DNA of 64,000 bases. Source: Vicinamibacteria bacterium (GTDB lineage Bacteria > Acidobacteriota > Vicinamibacteria > Marinacidobacterales > Marinacidobacteraceae). Of the stretch, positions 20,087 through 30,100 are shown one piece after another (the first letter of the stretch is position 1; each line of letters starts with the position of its first letter). Where the stretch lies: the NCBI GenBank assembly GCA_963668695.2, contig CAXXLQ010000004.1, positions 288,001 to 352,000 on the forward strand. The letters run 5' to 3'. Under the pieces are notes generated by a model. The model worked only from the letters and a program-made list of their open reading frames with translations, had not been told where the DNA came from and ran no database searches. The position numbers were made by a program, and so were the translations under genes.

Positions 20087-21277
20087 TCAGATGATGCCGC
20101 GGGCCCGGCCGCATTCCGCAAACGCGGCGACCGCCCGGTCCACCTGCTCGTCGTCATGGGCGGCAGACAACTGCACCCGGATCCGGGCCTTTCCGCGCGC
20201 GACCACGGGAAAGCTGAACCCGATGACGTAGATCCCGCGTTCGAGCAGATCGTCCGCCATGCCGCTCGCGAGACGGGCGTCGCCGAGCATGACGGGGACG
20301 ATGGGGTGCTCGCCCGCCGGAATTGTGAACCCGGCGGCCGTCATGGCTTCGCGAAACCGCCGGGTGTTCCGACGGAGCCGCTGTCTGGGCTCTTCGGTGG
20401 CCGAAAGGAGCGAAACGACCTCGATCGCAGCCGAGACGATGGCCGGGGCCAGGGTGTTCGAGAAGAGATAGGGGCGGCTCCGCTGGCGGAGCAGCGCGAC
20501 GATCTCGCCGCGTCCCGACGTGAACCCGCCAGCAGCTCCGCCGAGGGCCTTCCCGAGCGTGGAGGTGATGATGTCCACCCGCTCGGAGACCCCGAACCGC
20601 TCCGGCGTTCCGCGCCCGGTTTCTCCGATGAAGCCGGTGGCGTGCGAGTCGTCCACCATGACGAGCGCCTGGTGACGGTCGGCGAGGTCGCAGATCGCAT
20701 CGAGCGGCGCCAGGGTTCCGTCCATGCTGAAGACCCCGTCGGTCGCGATCAGTTTGCGCCGCGCGCCGGAGCACTCATCGAGTTTGGCGGCGAGGTCGTC
20801 CATGTCGCGGTTCCGGTAGCGGAAGCGCTGGGCCCGGCAAAGGCGCACGCCGTCGATGATGCTGGCGTGGTTCAGTTCGTCGCTGAGGATGGCGTCATCG
20901 GGACCGAGAATGGTCTCGAAGAGGCCACCGTTCGCATCAAAGCACGAGCTGTAGAGGATGGTGTCCTCGGTGCCCAGAAACTCGGCAATCCGCCGCTCCA
21001 ACTCGCGGTGAATGTCCTGGGTGCCGCAGATGAAGCGGACCGAGCTGAGCCCGAACCCGCGCTCGTCGAGCCCCCGGCGGGCGGCGGCGAGCACCCGCGG
21101 ATCGTTCCCGAGACCGAGGTAGTTGTTGGCGCAGAAGTTGAGGACTTCACGTCCCCCGACCCGGATCAGGGCTCCCTGAGGGGAGGCGATCAGGCGTTCC
21201 CGTTTCTCCAGACCCGCGTCCTGGATCGCGGTCACCTCGCCGCGGATGGAAGAAAGGACTTCAGCGTTCATGGGCAT
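20087..21277 (-). CDS. kbl: Glycine C-acetyltransferase (2-amino-3-ketobutyrate CoA ligase)
   Basis: [57 protein letters not shown]. Confidence 0.96.
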   Translation of the reverse strand: MPMNAEVLSSIRGEVTAIQDAGLEKRERLIASPQGALIRVGGREVLNFCANNYLGLGNDPRVLAAARRGLDERGFGLSSVRFICGTQDIHRELERRIAEFLGTEDTILYSSCFDANGGLFETILGPDDAILSDELNHASIIDGVRLCRAQRFRYRNRDMDDLAAKLDECSGARRKLIATDGVFSMDGTLAPLDAICDLADRHQALVMVDDSHATGFIGETGRGTPERFGVSERVDIITSTLGKALGGAAGGFTSGRGEIVALLRQRSRPYLFSNTLAPAIVSAAIEVVSLLSATEEPRQRLRRNTRRFREAMTAAGFTIPAGEHPIVPVMLGDARLASGMADDLLERGIYVIGFSFPVVARGKARIRVQLSAAHDDEQVDRAVAAFAECGRARGII

Positions 21278-21445
21278 GATTCCTCGGGGGCGAGACTCTA
21301 TCCGGTGGCAGGCGGCGTCAGGGAGGGCGACGCGCCGACCAGGGACCGCCGGCCAGGGACGGCGGCGCATCGGCCAGGGACCGCCGGCCAGTTCTCCCGG
21401 TGGGGGAGTCCAGACCGGCATCGCGGCCCGCCGGGCCGCGAAACT

Positions 21446-22035
21446 CAGGTCGCAGTAGCAGGACTGGCGGGACGCCAACATGTCGCACTAGCCGGTTCCG
21501 CCGGATATACATGTCGCACTAGCGGGATCGGCGGGACGCCAACATGTCGCACTAGCCGGATCTGCCGGGCGAACATGTCGCACTAGCGGGATCGGCGGAA
21601 CGCGAACATGTCGCACTAGCCGGATCTGCCGGGCGAACATGTCGCACTAGCGGGATCGGCGGGACGCCAACATGTCGCACTAGCCGGTTCCGCCGGATGT
21701 ACATGTCGCACTAGCGGGATCGGCGGGACGCCAACATGTCGCACTAGCCGGTTCCGCCGGATGTACATGTCGCACTAGCGGGATCGGCGGGACGCCAACA
21801 TGTCGCACTAGCCGGTTCCGCCGGGCGAACATGTCGGCCTAGCAGGACCGGCAGGACGCCAACATGTCGCACTAGCCGGATCTGCCGCGCGAACATGTCG
21901 CAATAGCAGGGTCGGCGGAACGCGAACATGTCGCACTAGCCGGATCTGCCGCGCGAACATGTCGCACTACCGGGATCAGCGGGACGCCAACATGTCGCAG
22001 TAGCCGGATCTGCCGGGCGAACATGTCGCTCTAGC
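21446..22035. repeat. Array of 19 ACATGTCGCACTAGC cores with alternating 16/18-bp linkers (64-bp dimer period)
   Basis: Read directly from the sequence. Linkers alternate between CGGATCTGCCGGGCGA-type and GGGATCGGCGGGACGCCA-type. Confidence 0.95.
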
Positions 22036-22087
22036 GATTCGACAAACCCTGATTCGAAATCTCGGGGGGCTCCGGTAGGCTGTCGCC

Positions 22088-22663
22088 GTGGCCGACGACG
22101 GGAGACAGCGGGCAGAGCTGCGGGGCGCGATCCGGGAAGAGGGATTCCGTCTCGGGTTCTCCGCGGTCGGATTCGCCCCACCTCGGATGCCCGAAGCCGG
22201 CCGGCAGTTCGAAAAGTGGCTGGACGATGGGAACCACGGGACCATGCACTGGATGGCCACGGATCCCGGCCGGCGGAGCGACGCCACGAGGACACGGGTT
22301 CGCGACGGGAACGATTCGGCCGCATTGCCAGAGCGGACCGTCGTGGCCTGCGGACTCAACTACTACCAGGGGGGTCCGGCCTCCGCGCCCTCCGGCGGCG
22401 GGGTGGTTTCCCAATACGCTCAAGGCGAGGACTACCACCGGGTGCTGGATTCGAAGCTCCGCGCCCTTGCGGCGTTCGCCCAAGCCCGCGCCATCAAAGC
22501 CGGCCTGCTGCCCGAGCGCTCGCCGGGCGCGCGCCGGCGCATCCCGACCCTCGTGGATCACGGACCGCTGCTTGAGAAGGCGTTCGCGGAACGGGCTGGC
22601 CTGGGATGGATCGGCAAGCACTCGAACGTGATCGCCACCCGGGGCAGCTCGTGGTTCTTCCTC
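22088..22663 (+). pseudogene. queG: Truncated epoxyqueuosine reductase (N-terminal half)
   Basis: WLDDGNHGTMHWM, SQYAQGEDYHRVL, VDHGPLLEKAFAERAGLGWIGKHS..GSSWFFL. Homology then stops and the 4Fe-4S CxxCxxC half is absent. Confidence 0.85.
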
Positions 22664-22860
22664 CGGCGGACGGGTGCGCCCCTACGGGAAGCCGCCCGGT
22701 CGGACCAAGCCCATCACCGCTGCGCGTTTCGCGGCCCTGCGGGCCGCGATGCCGACCGGAGGTCGGCGGTCCCCTCACTCCCCGCGCTTGCCGCCGTTCA
22801 GCACTCCGCCTTTCACCAGCCTTCGGCTGGCAGTGCCGGTCTTCAGGCCCCCTATAGGAT

Positions 22861-23060
22861 CACGGGCGTTGTGTAGGAGGCGGTTTCGCCTCCTACTTCA
22901 TCAACTTCGGTTGGCCGATCCGCCGGGAGTACCAAGAGGCCCCGGTGCCGCAAGCACCTGTGGTGGACCAGTACCCCGACGGATGGCCGTGATGGGACAC
23001 CCTGTGGAGAGTTGTGCCGATCGAGCACCAATATAGGGCTTGACTGCCATCGCGGCAAGG
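22861..23060 (+). ncRNA. Candidate IS110 bridge RNA (non-coding left end)
   Basis: 5' hairpin at 22873-22896. Segments match the donor junction (GGAGAGT 23006-23012, TATAGG 23032-23037) across an inner hairpin. Target-like segments at 22920-22947. Confidence 0.5.
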
Positions 23061-23072
23061 CGGACCGCTCGA

Positions 23073-23769
23073 CACCGGCGACGGCGCGGAAGGTGCGGTG
23101 CTCCACCTGGGAGAAGCTGCTGCGGCACTACGGGGTGACCCGGATCAGCGCGGACCGGGTGGTTGCGTTGTTTCGTGAGGAGGCGCTGACGGTGGCGCCC
23201 GGGGCCACCGCCGCGGCGGTGGAGACGATTCGGACGGCGTTGGCCCTGCTGGAGGTTGTGAACGCGGAGATCGCGCGTGCGGAGAAGCAGATGACGCAGT
23301 TCCTGGATGCGCTGTCGGAGACGGAAGCGGTGGGAGGCGGCGCGGGCGCGACGGCTCCGGATCCGGTCACCATCCTGCGGTCTCGGAAGGGGTTGGGAGA
23401 CAAGGCGCTGGCGCGGCTGTTCGCCTGGGGATTCGAGGCGGTGTGCGCCGGGGACCACGGCCGGTTGCGAGCGGCCTCCGGGGCGGCCCCCCCGTCCGGG
23501 TGCAGTCCGGAGAGCGCGACACGGCCCGGATGCGGCGTGCGGTGCCCTACTCGCTGCAGCAGGCCGCCTACCTCCTGGCACGCGGGGTGTTGCGCTGGGA
23601 CGAGGACGTGAAGGCATACAGCCGGAAGCTGAAGGACGCGGGGAAGACGACGGCCCGGCGGCATCGCGCCATCGCCGACCAGCAGTTCCGGGTGTTATGC
23701 GCGATGGCGCGACACCGCACCTTCTTCGACCCGAACTTCGCCGCCAGGAGCCCAAAATCCGCCGCCTGA
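23073..23769 (+). pseudogene. IS110 transposase/recombinase remnant (C-terminal half, frameshifted)
   Basis: TPATARKVR...ILRSRKGLG...SGAAP / PVRVQSGE...ARRHRAIAD...TFFDP. Frameshift at the C7 run 23487-23493. N-terminal DEDD RuvC domain missing. Confidence 0.82.
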
Positions 23770-23774
23770 CTTAA

Positions 23775-23953
23775 CAGCCTGTGGCGAAACCCACGCGGCG
23801 TTCAACCGGCGATCCATCCCGGCTGAACCACTCCGCTTCGCTGCGTTCTGCGTTGCGTTTCGGTCGAAATACACCCGGTATTCCTCCCTCACGCGCCTTG
23901 TCAGCCGGGCGCCTCACCGGCCTCGGCGCTCACGCGGGTTCCACCACAGGCTG
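23775..23953. mobile_element. Family A MITE (179 bp, no 19-bp motif) inserted inside the IS110 right end
   Basis: Perfect TTAA duplication at 23771-23774 and 23954-23957. Confidence 0.92.
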
Positions 23954-24038
23954 TTAACCCTCCCTTCCTCCTTGCATTCTCCAGGAGAGTCCACCGGGAG
24001 AACTGGCCGGCGGTCCCTGCCGGACGGATCCTCGGCGC

Positions 24039-25436
24039 CTAGCGAATCGCGGCCTGCATCTCCTCGACGCTCACGAACTTCACCCGCGGACGGCCCTCGG
24101 CCTTGCCGCGCGCCACCTCGAGGGCGTCCAGCGCCTTCCAGTCGGCGAACGAGAAGTAGGTGGGAACGCGCTCGGCCACGAAGCGCTCCGCCGACTCGGC
24201 GGACGGGGATTCCGGGTGCCAGTGCTTGCCGGCCGCGACGTCCTCGAGCAGCACCCGCACGGTCTCCAGGGCGTCGGGCTTGTTGGTGCCGATCACCCCG
24301 GTGGGACCGCGCTTGATCCAACCGGCGCAGTACTGGCCTTCCTGGTGCTCCCCGTCCGGGGAGTCGAGCACCCGGCCGACCGCGTGCGGGATGACTCCCC
24401 AGTCATCGCGGAACGGCACGTCGGGTAGCGCGACCCCCCGGTAGCCGACCGAACGGAACACCAGACCGGCAGCGAGATCCTCGAAATGATCGGTGGCGCG
24501 CGGGCGGACCGTGCCCCGTTCGTTGCGGTAGAGCTCGTTCTTCACGAGCTTGACCCGGGTAACCGCACCATCTTCGCCGGCAATCAGTTCCACTGGGGAA
24601 ACGAGGAACCGGACGGTCAGCGTTCGCAGTTTGCCGGACCGTTTTTCGGCGGCGTACTGCTGGAGGATCTCGACCTTCCTCGGGGCCGACCTGTCGGCGC
24701 CGGAATCCACCCATTCCTGGCTCACCGCATCAAGCGCCGCTTCTTCTTCGAAGACCCGGATGTCGGCGCCCGCGAGTTCCCCGAGCTCCTTGATCTCGGG
24801 ATTGCTGAACGCAGCCTGCGCCGGACCCCGCCGGCCGAGCATGTGGATCTCGCGAATCCGGCTCTCCGCGAGCTGCTCCAGCGCGTAATCAGCGATGTCG
24901 GTCGTTTTCAGCTCGTCCACGGAACGGGCCAGCACCCGGCAGACATCCACTGCCACATTGCCGACCCCGACGACCGCGACCGATTCCTGGGAAAGGTCGA
25001 ACTCCCGATCCCGGTAGTCCGGGTGACCGTTGTACCAGGCCACGAACTCGGTCGCCGCGTGGCTCCTGCCGAGGGACTCGCCGGGAATCCGCATGGCCCG
25101 GTCCACCTGCGCCCCCACGCAATAGAGGACCGCGTGGTAGTGGCGCCGGACATCGGCCAGCCGGATGTCGCTCCCGAACTCGACGCCCCCGTAGAAGCGG
25201 AAGCGCGGGTTCTGCGCGGTGCGCTCGTAGGCGCGGGTCACCGACTTGATCTTCTGGTGATCGGGAGCCACCCCGCCGCGCACCAGACCGTAGGGGGTCG
25301 GCAGGCGGTCGTAGAGGTCCACCTCCACGGTGACCCCAGCGGCCTTGAAGAGATGATCGGTTGCGTAGAAGCCGGTCGGGCCGGATCCGAAGACCGCGAC
25401 CCGCAGCGGGTGTTCGGGGGTGCCGGGTTTCGTCAC
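24039..25436 (-). CDS. Ferredoxin/adrenodoxin-NADP+ reductase (FprA-like)
   Basis: GSGPTGFY, PYGLVRGGVAPDH, FVAWYNGHPD, GVGNVAVD, GRRGP, GWIKRGPTGVIGTN. Confidence 0.93.
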   Translation of the reverse strand: MTKPGTPEHPLRVAVFGSGPTGFYATDHLFKAAGVTVEVDLYDRLPTPYGLVRGGVAPDHQKIKSVTRAYERTAQNPRFRFYGGVEFGSDIRLADVRRHYHAVLYCVGAQVDRAMRIPGESLGRSHAATEFVAWYNGHPDYRDREFDLSQESVAVVGVGNVAVDVCRVLARSVDELKTTDIADYALEQLAESRIREIHMLGRRGPAQAAFSNPEIKELGELAGADIRVFEEEAALDAVSQEWVDSGADRSAPRKVEILQQYAAEKRSGKLRTLTVRFLVSPVELIAGEDGAVTRVKLVKNELYRNERGTVRPRATDHFEDLAAGLVFRSVGYRGVALPDVPFRDDWGVIPHAVGRVLDSPDGEHQEGQYCAGWIKRGPTGVIGTNKPDALETVRVLLEDVAAGKHWHPESPSAESAERFVAERVPTYFSFADWKALDALEVARGKAEGRPRVKFVSVEEMQAAIR

Positions 25437-25524
25437 TTGGGCGCGGAGTATAGGGCGACCGAGAGCCGCTCTTCGGCGGCTATCACGGCGCGTTGCCGCC
25501 GGAACGGTTCGGCGCCTCCGGGTG

Positions 25525-26328
25525 TCAGCGCTGGCGGAGAAGCGCGAGTATTTCATCGCGGGTGACGATCGTCCGGCCTTCCTCCAGAAAGGGAAGCACA
25601 TCCTTCACGACCTGTTCCCAGGCAACGGTTTCCAGACGGCGCGCCGCGTCATCGCGCCATGCTTTGGCCGTCGGCTGAAGACCCCGGGAGGCGCAACTCC
25701 GGCGCAGCGCCGCATCGAGCAACGCAAAGTTGGGCGCGGGCCATTCCGGATCCGCCAGGTACCAGGCAAGGTCGTAGACATCCCGCCCCTTCGCGTAGGG
25801 GCGGCACAGGATCGCATGCAGTTTGCCCGCAAGGAGCGATGCTCGATCGTGGTGACGGAGCCGGAGGCTGACGTGCCGCCGGATCGTTCGCGTCTCGGTG
25901 ACCGCGCCCGCTGGCGGATTCGTGTCCACTTCCATCTTGATCGCCAGCTTCTGGGTGGGATGCGGAGCGAGGCGCGCCTCATACAAGAGACCCGGGAAGC
26001 GCAGCCAGGCGGCATGGACCGCGCCGCGGTCGCGGAGTGCGGCTTCGACCTCATAGCCCTCGCGGCGGAATTGGCGAGCGACCTCCGTCTGCCAGCCCTC
26101 GATGTCATAGGCATCGCGGTCACCCTCGAGCGCGAAGTCGAGATCCTCGGAGTAGCGCGGAAGCCGGAAGAGGAAACGGAGGGCGGTACCGCCGCAGAAG
26201 GCGAGCGGGCCGGTCGCGCCGAGGCGCTGCAACGTCTCCAGGACGCGGGCCTGCAGGTATTCGCGCATTACGTTGCGGCCGTGGGCCAGTCCCGCTTCGC
26301 GCGCAAGCTGGAGCGCGTGGTCCTTCAC
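25525..26328 (-). CDS. AbiEii-family nucleotidyltransferase toxin (type IV TA)
   Basis: FCGGTALRF, RYSEDLDF, IKMEVD, KLHA...KGRDVYDL. Confidence 0.92.
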   Translation of the reverse strand: MKDHALQLAREAGLAHGRNVMREYLQARVLETLQRLGATGPLAFCGGTALRFLFRLPRYSEDLDFALEGDRDAYDIEGWQTEVARQFRREGYEVEAALRDRGAVHAAWLRFPGLLYEARLAPHPTQKLAIKMEVDTNPPAGAVTETRTIRRHVSLRLRHHDRASLLAGKLHAILCRPYAKGRDVYDLAWYLADPEWPAPNFALLDAALRRSCASRGLQPTAKAWRDDAARRLETVAWEQVVKDVLPFLEEGRTIVTRDEILALLRQR

Positions 26329-26969
26329 AGACGCAATTCCCGAAACTTCAGGGCGGGATCGTCAACCCGCGAGCCCAGCACCCGGGCCGCTCTCCCGAGT
26401 TTCGGACTCCCGGCAGCGTTCGCGAGCCGCATCAACTCTACGGAGGAAAACGCCTCCAGATCCAGCCGGAGTTCGTCAATCCAGGCCGGGTCATCGCCGT
26501 CGGGGTGGAACCAGGCGAGATCCAGGAACGCCTTTTCCGGGGTGGCGACGAACGCCCATTGGTCCCGAACGAACTCCAGCCGACGATAGCCGGTCCGCAG
26601 CGAAGGCTTCAGGAACCGGAAGGAGAAACGCCCGAGAGGGGTCTCGCGGAGGCAGGGCCTGCCCGGGCCGCAACTGGTGACCTCGAAGACGGCCTCGGGG
26701 ATTGCGCCGTAGTGGGCGAGCGCCGCCACCCCGCTGACATAGCTGCCGGGAGAGATCCGGTTGGCGACGAGGAAAGGCTCGGGATGCGCCTTTTGGTACG
26801 GGGGCGCGAGCGCGTAGAGCCCCCGGCGGAGTTGAAGGATTTTGCCGCTCCGCCGCCAGCGGTCGAGCTGCCCGGCGAGGCTGAACCGTCGCCGCTCGTC
26901 GGCCGCGAGCAGGCCGGTCTCGAACACCGGTTCGTCGCCGACGATCTGGAGAAGCTCCTCGAATGACAT
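26325..26969 (-). CDS. AbiEi-family antitoxin / transcriptional regulator
   Basis: LRRGLY, PGSYVS..AL..YGAIPE, ATPEKAFLD. ATGA overlap with the toxin gene. Confidence 0.88.
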   Translation of the reverse strand: MSFEELLQIVGDEPVFETGLLAADERRRFSLAGQLDRWRRSGKILQLRRGLYALAPPYQKAHPEPFLVANRISPGSYVSGVAALAHYGAIPEAVFEVTSCGPGRPCLRETPLGRFSFRFLKPSLRTGYRRLEFVRDQWAFVATPEKAFLDLAWFHPDGDDPAWIDELRLDLEAFSSVELMRLANAAGSPKLGRAARVLGSRVDDPALKFRELRL

Positions 26970-27004
26970 TGCCGTAAATATACGGTAATGCTGAGTTATT
27001 GCAA
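26967..27004 (-). promoter_or_regulatory. Leaderless sigma70-type promoter with overlapping inverted-repeat operator
   Basis: Minus strand reads TTGCAA-16-TATATT-7-ATG. Inverted repeat CATTGCCGTA-4-TACGGTAATG (26967-26990) covers the -10 box and start codon. Confidence 0.7.
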
Positions 27005-27148
27005 CATATCGATCATCGGAAGGCAGCCATCATTCCGAAGGTTCAGCATCGTCCCTCTCGCTGTCCTCTCGCGCCGCGATGCCGGCCGGATGCCAGCGTT
27101 CCCTGTCCTGCCGCGCCGCCCTCCGCGAGCCGCGTTCCCCGAGCGGGA

Positions 27149-30100
27149 CTACCTTCCGATGACGCGATAGACGGCCGGGATAACGAGCAGGGTCAGAGCG
27201 GTGGAAAGGACCAGGCCGCCGATCACCGCGATCGCCATCGGAGTCCGCAGCTCGCTGCCCTCCCCGAGGCCGATAGCCATGGGAAGAAGACCCAGGACGG
27301 TGGTCGAGGTGGTCATCAGGATCGGTCGGAGTCGGACCTTCCCCGCCTCCCGCAGCGCGTCCAACTTCGCCATGCCGCCGCGACGGAGGCGGTTGGTGGT
27401 GTCGAGCAGCAGGATGGCGTTGTTCACCACGATGCCCGCCAGCATGATGACCCCGATCAGCACCACCACACTCACCGTCACCGAGAACAGCTTGAGGGCG
27501 AAGATCACCCCGACGAGGGAAAACGGAACGGAGAAAAGGATCACGAACGGATGGAGCAGCGACTCGAACTGCGAGGCCATCACCAGGTAGACCATGAACA
27601 CCGCGAGCAGGATCGCGAACTGCATGCTCGCAAAGGAGGTCTCCATCTCCTCCTGCTGGCCGCCGAGCCGCCAACTGAAGCTGGCGGGCATCCCAATGCC
27701 CGCCATCAGGGCCTCGATGTCGGTGGCCACGCTTCCGAGATCCCGCCCGAGGATGTTCGCGGTGATCGTGGCCACCCGCTCGCCGTCGGCGCGGCGGATT
27801 TCCGCGGGGCCGATCACTTCGTCCACATCGGCCACGCTCGAAAGCGGGATCGTGGCGGCGGCATCGTCGGAGATGTTCAGATTCCGCAGATCCTCAATGC
27901 TGTCGCGGAAGGATTCGTCGCTGCGGAGACGGATGTCGATGGAACGGTCGTCCCGCTGGATGTCGGTGGCTACATCGCCAAGCACCTTGGTGCGGATGAG
28001 GTTGCCGAGCTGGTTCACGTTGTATCCAAGCGACGCCACCCGGTCGCGGTGGAACCGGATCTGTAGTTCGGGGTTCCCACCCTCGGTGGACGACTTGACG
28101 TCCACGAGCCCCGGAATCTGCCGGAGGCCGGCGACCGCCTCGTCGGCGGTCCGTTCCAGCTGAGTGAGGTTGAAGCCGCGGATCTCGAGTTCCACCGGGG
28201 TTCGGAAGCTGAAGTAGGACGGCCGCCCGAAGATGTAGAGCAAATCCGGGTCTGCCTCGAGCTGCGGGCGGAGCTCCGCAATCGCCGCCTCTTCCCGGTC
28301 GCGGTCCACCGGAGGATCCAGCACCACGGTAATCTGGCCGATGTTCTCCCGGAGTTCTCCGGCTGCCCCGCCCTGCTGGCTGCTGGTCCCCACCGTTGCG
28401 TAGACCGTGCGTACTCCGGGGATCTCACGGGCCGCTTGCTCAAGATGCATAAGGCGCCGGGAATTGAGATCCAGGTGGGTGCCGGCGGGAAGCTCGGTGT
28501 CCACGAAGAACTCTCCCTGGACCAACTCGGGCACGAGTTCCGTCCCGAGCGAAGGGACCACGTAGAGCGCCCCGGCGAAGAGCACGATGGCAGGGGTTCC
28601 CACCCGGAACGGATGATTGAGGGCCCCGTTCAGAACCGGCGGATAGGCGCGGACGACGCCGTTGTACGCCAACTGGAAGAGCCGGCTCGGCAGCCAGAGG
28701 ATCCCCTTGATGACGAGATCGACACCCTTGAAGATCCCGAAGACGACCCACATCACACCCCGGCTCACCGCTGAAACGACCCGCCCGAAAAGGCGGCCGG
28801 CCGCGGTCCTGAAAATCGCGGCTTCCGTCGCGGGGGCCGGACGGAATTCGCGCGAGGCGAGCATCGGGATCAGCGTGAGCGCGACGAGCAGCGAAACCGC
28901 GAGCGAGAAGGTCACCGTGAGCGCCTGGTCTCCGAACAACTGCCCCGCGATCCCCTCGACGAACACGATCGGCACGAAAACGCAGACCGTCGTCATCGTG
29001 CTGGCGATCACCGCCTGTCCGACCTCGCCGGTTCCGGCCCGGGAAGCCTCGACGAGACCAAGTCCCTCATGCCGTTTCCGCTTGATCGCTTCGAGCACCA
29101 CGATCGAGTTGTCCACCAGCAGCCCGATGCCCAGGGTGATGCCGCCGAGCGACATGATGTTGAGCGAGACGCCCGACACATACATCAGGAAGAAGGTTCC
29201 GATGACGGAAATCGGAATGGAGATCCCGATGATCGCAGTGGACCGAAGTTCCCCGAGGAAGAGGATCAGTACCAAGATCGCGAGGATGCCCCCGAACACC
29301 GCGGTCTGGAGCACCTCGGACACCGACTGGCGGATGTAGCGCGCCTGGTCGGTGACCAGGGTCAGCGCGAGATCCTCGCCCACCCGGCCCAGGCGCTCCT
29401 GAAGTTCTTCGACGCGGGCCATGACGTCGTCCGCCACGGTGACGGTGTTCGTCCCCCCCTCCTTGTACACGGCGATCTCGATCGATTCGAGGCCGTCGAT
29501 GCGGGTGATGACCTCCCGTTCCTTGGCGCCCCGGCTAATGGTGGCTATGTCGTCGAGCCGGATCACGGTGCGCTCGGCATCCACCACGATGTCCCGCATG
29601 TCCTCGGGACGCTCGAATTCGTTGATCGTTCGGACCAGGTACTCGGTTCCACCGTCGAGCAGGCGCCCGGCGGTCAGGTTGACATTCTCCTGAGCGAGCC
29701 GGTTCACCACTGCGGGAATCGAGAGCCCGAGGCTCGCCACCTTCCGCTCGTCGATTTCGACGTGGATTTCCTCTTCCAGGCCGCCGCTGACGAGCACCGC
29801 CGCCACCCCTTCGACGCGCTCGAGGTTGCGCTGGATCTCCTGTTCCGCAATGAGCCTGAGTCGGACGAGGTCCTCGCTTCCGGTCAGCCCGAAGCGGAGG
29901 ATCGGGTCCAGCGAAGGATCGAAACGCAGGAGCGTCGGTCGCGGCGCGTCAAGCGGGAGCCGCACCACGTCGAGCCGTTCGCGCACGTCCAGCGCGGCCA
30001 TGTCCATGTCCGTTCCCCAACCGAACTCCAAAGTGACTTCGCTGACGTCGGGCCGGGAGGAAGAAACGACCCGATTCACGTTGTTGACCACCCCGACCGC

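Larger units (their letters stand above)
22853..23992 (+). mobile_element. Internally deleted IS110-family element inserted in the 19-bp motif (core CC)
   Basis: Left junction GGCCCCC|TATAGGAT and right junction TTGCATTCTCCAGGAGAGTCC|ACCGGGAGAACTGG. Removing the element restores CCCCCACCGGGAGAACTGG. Contains a transposase remnant and no terminal inverted repeats. Confidence 0.85.

Noticed and set aside
21446-22035. CRISPR array
   Set aside because: The repeat core is only 15 bp, the linkers are 16-18 bp in two recurring classes rather than unique spacers, and no cas genes are in the window.
22890-23020. Degenerate N-terminal transposase coding sequence
   Set aside because: Only weak peptide resemblance (DTLWRVVP) with stops and no DEDD motif. 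The non-coding-end reading fits better, though this is not fully excluded.
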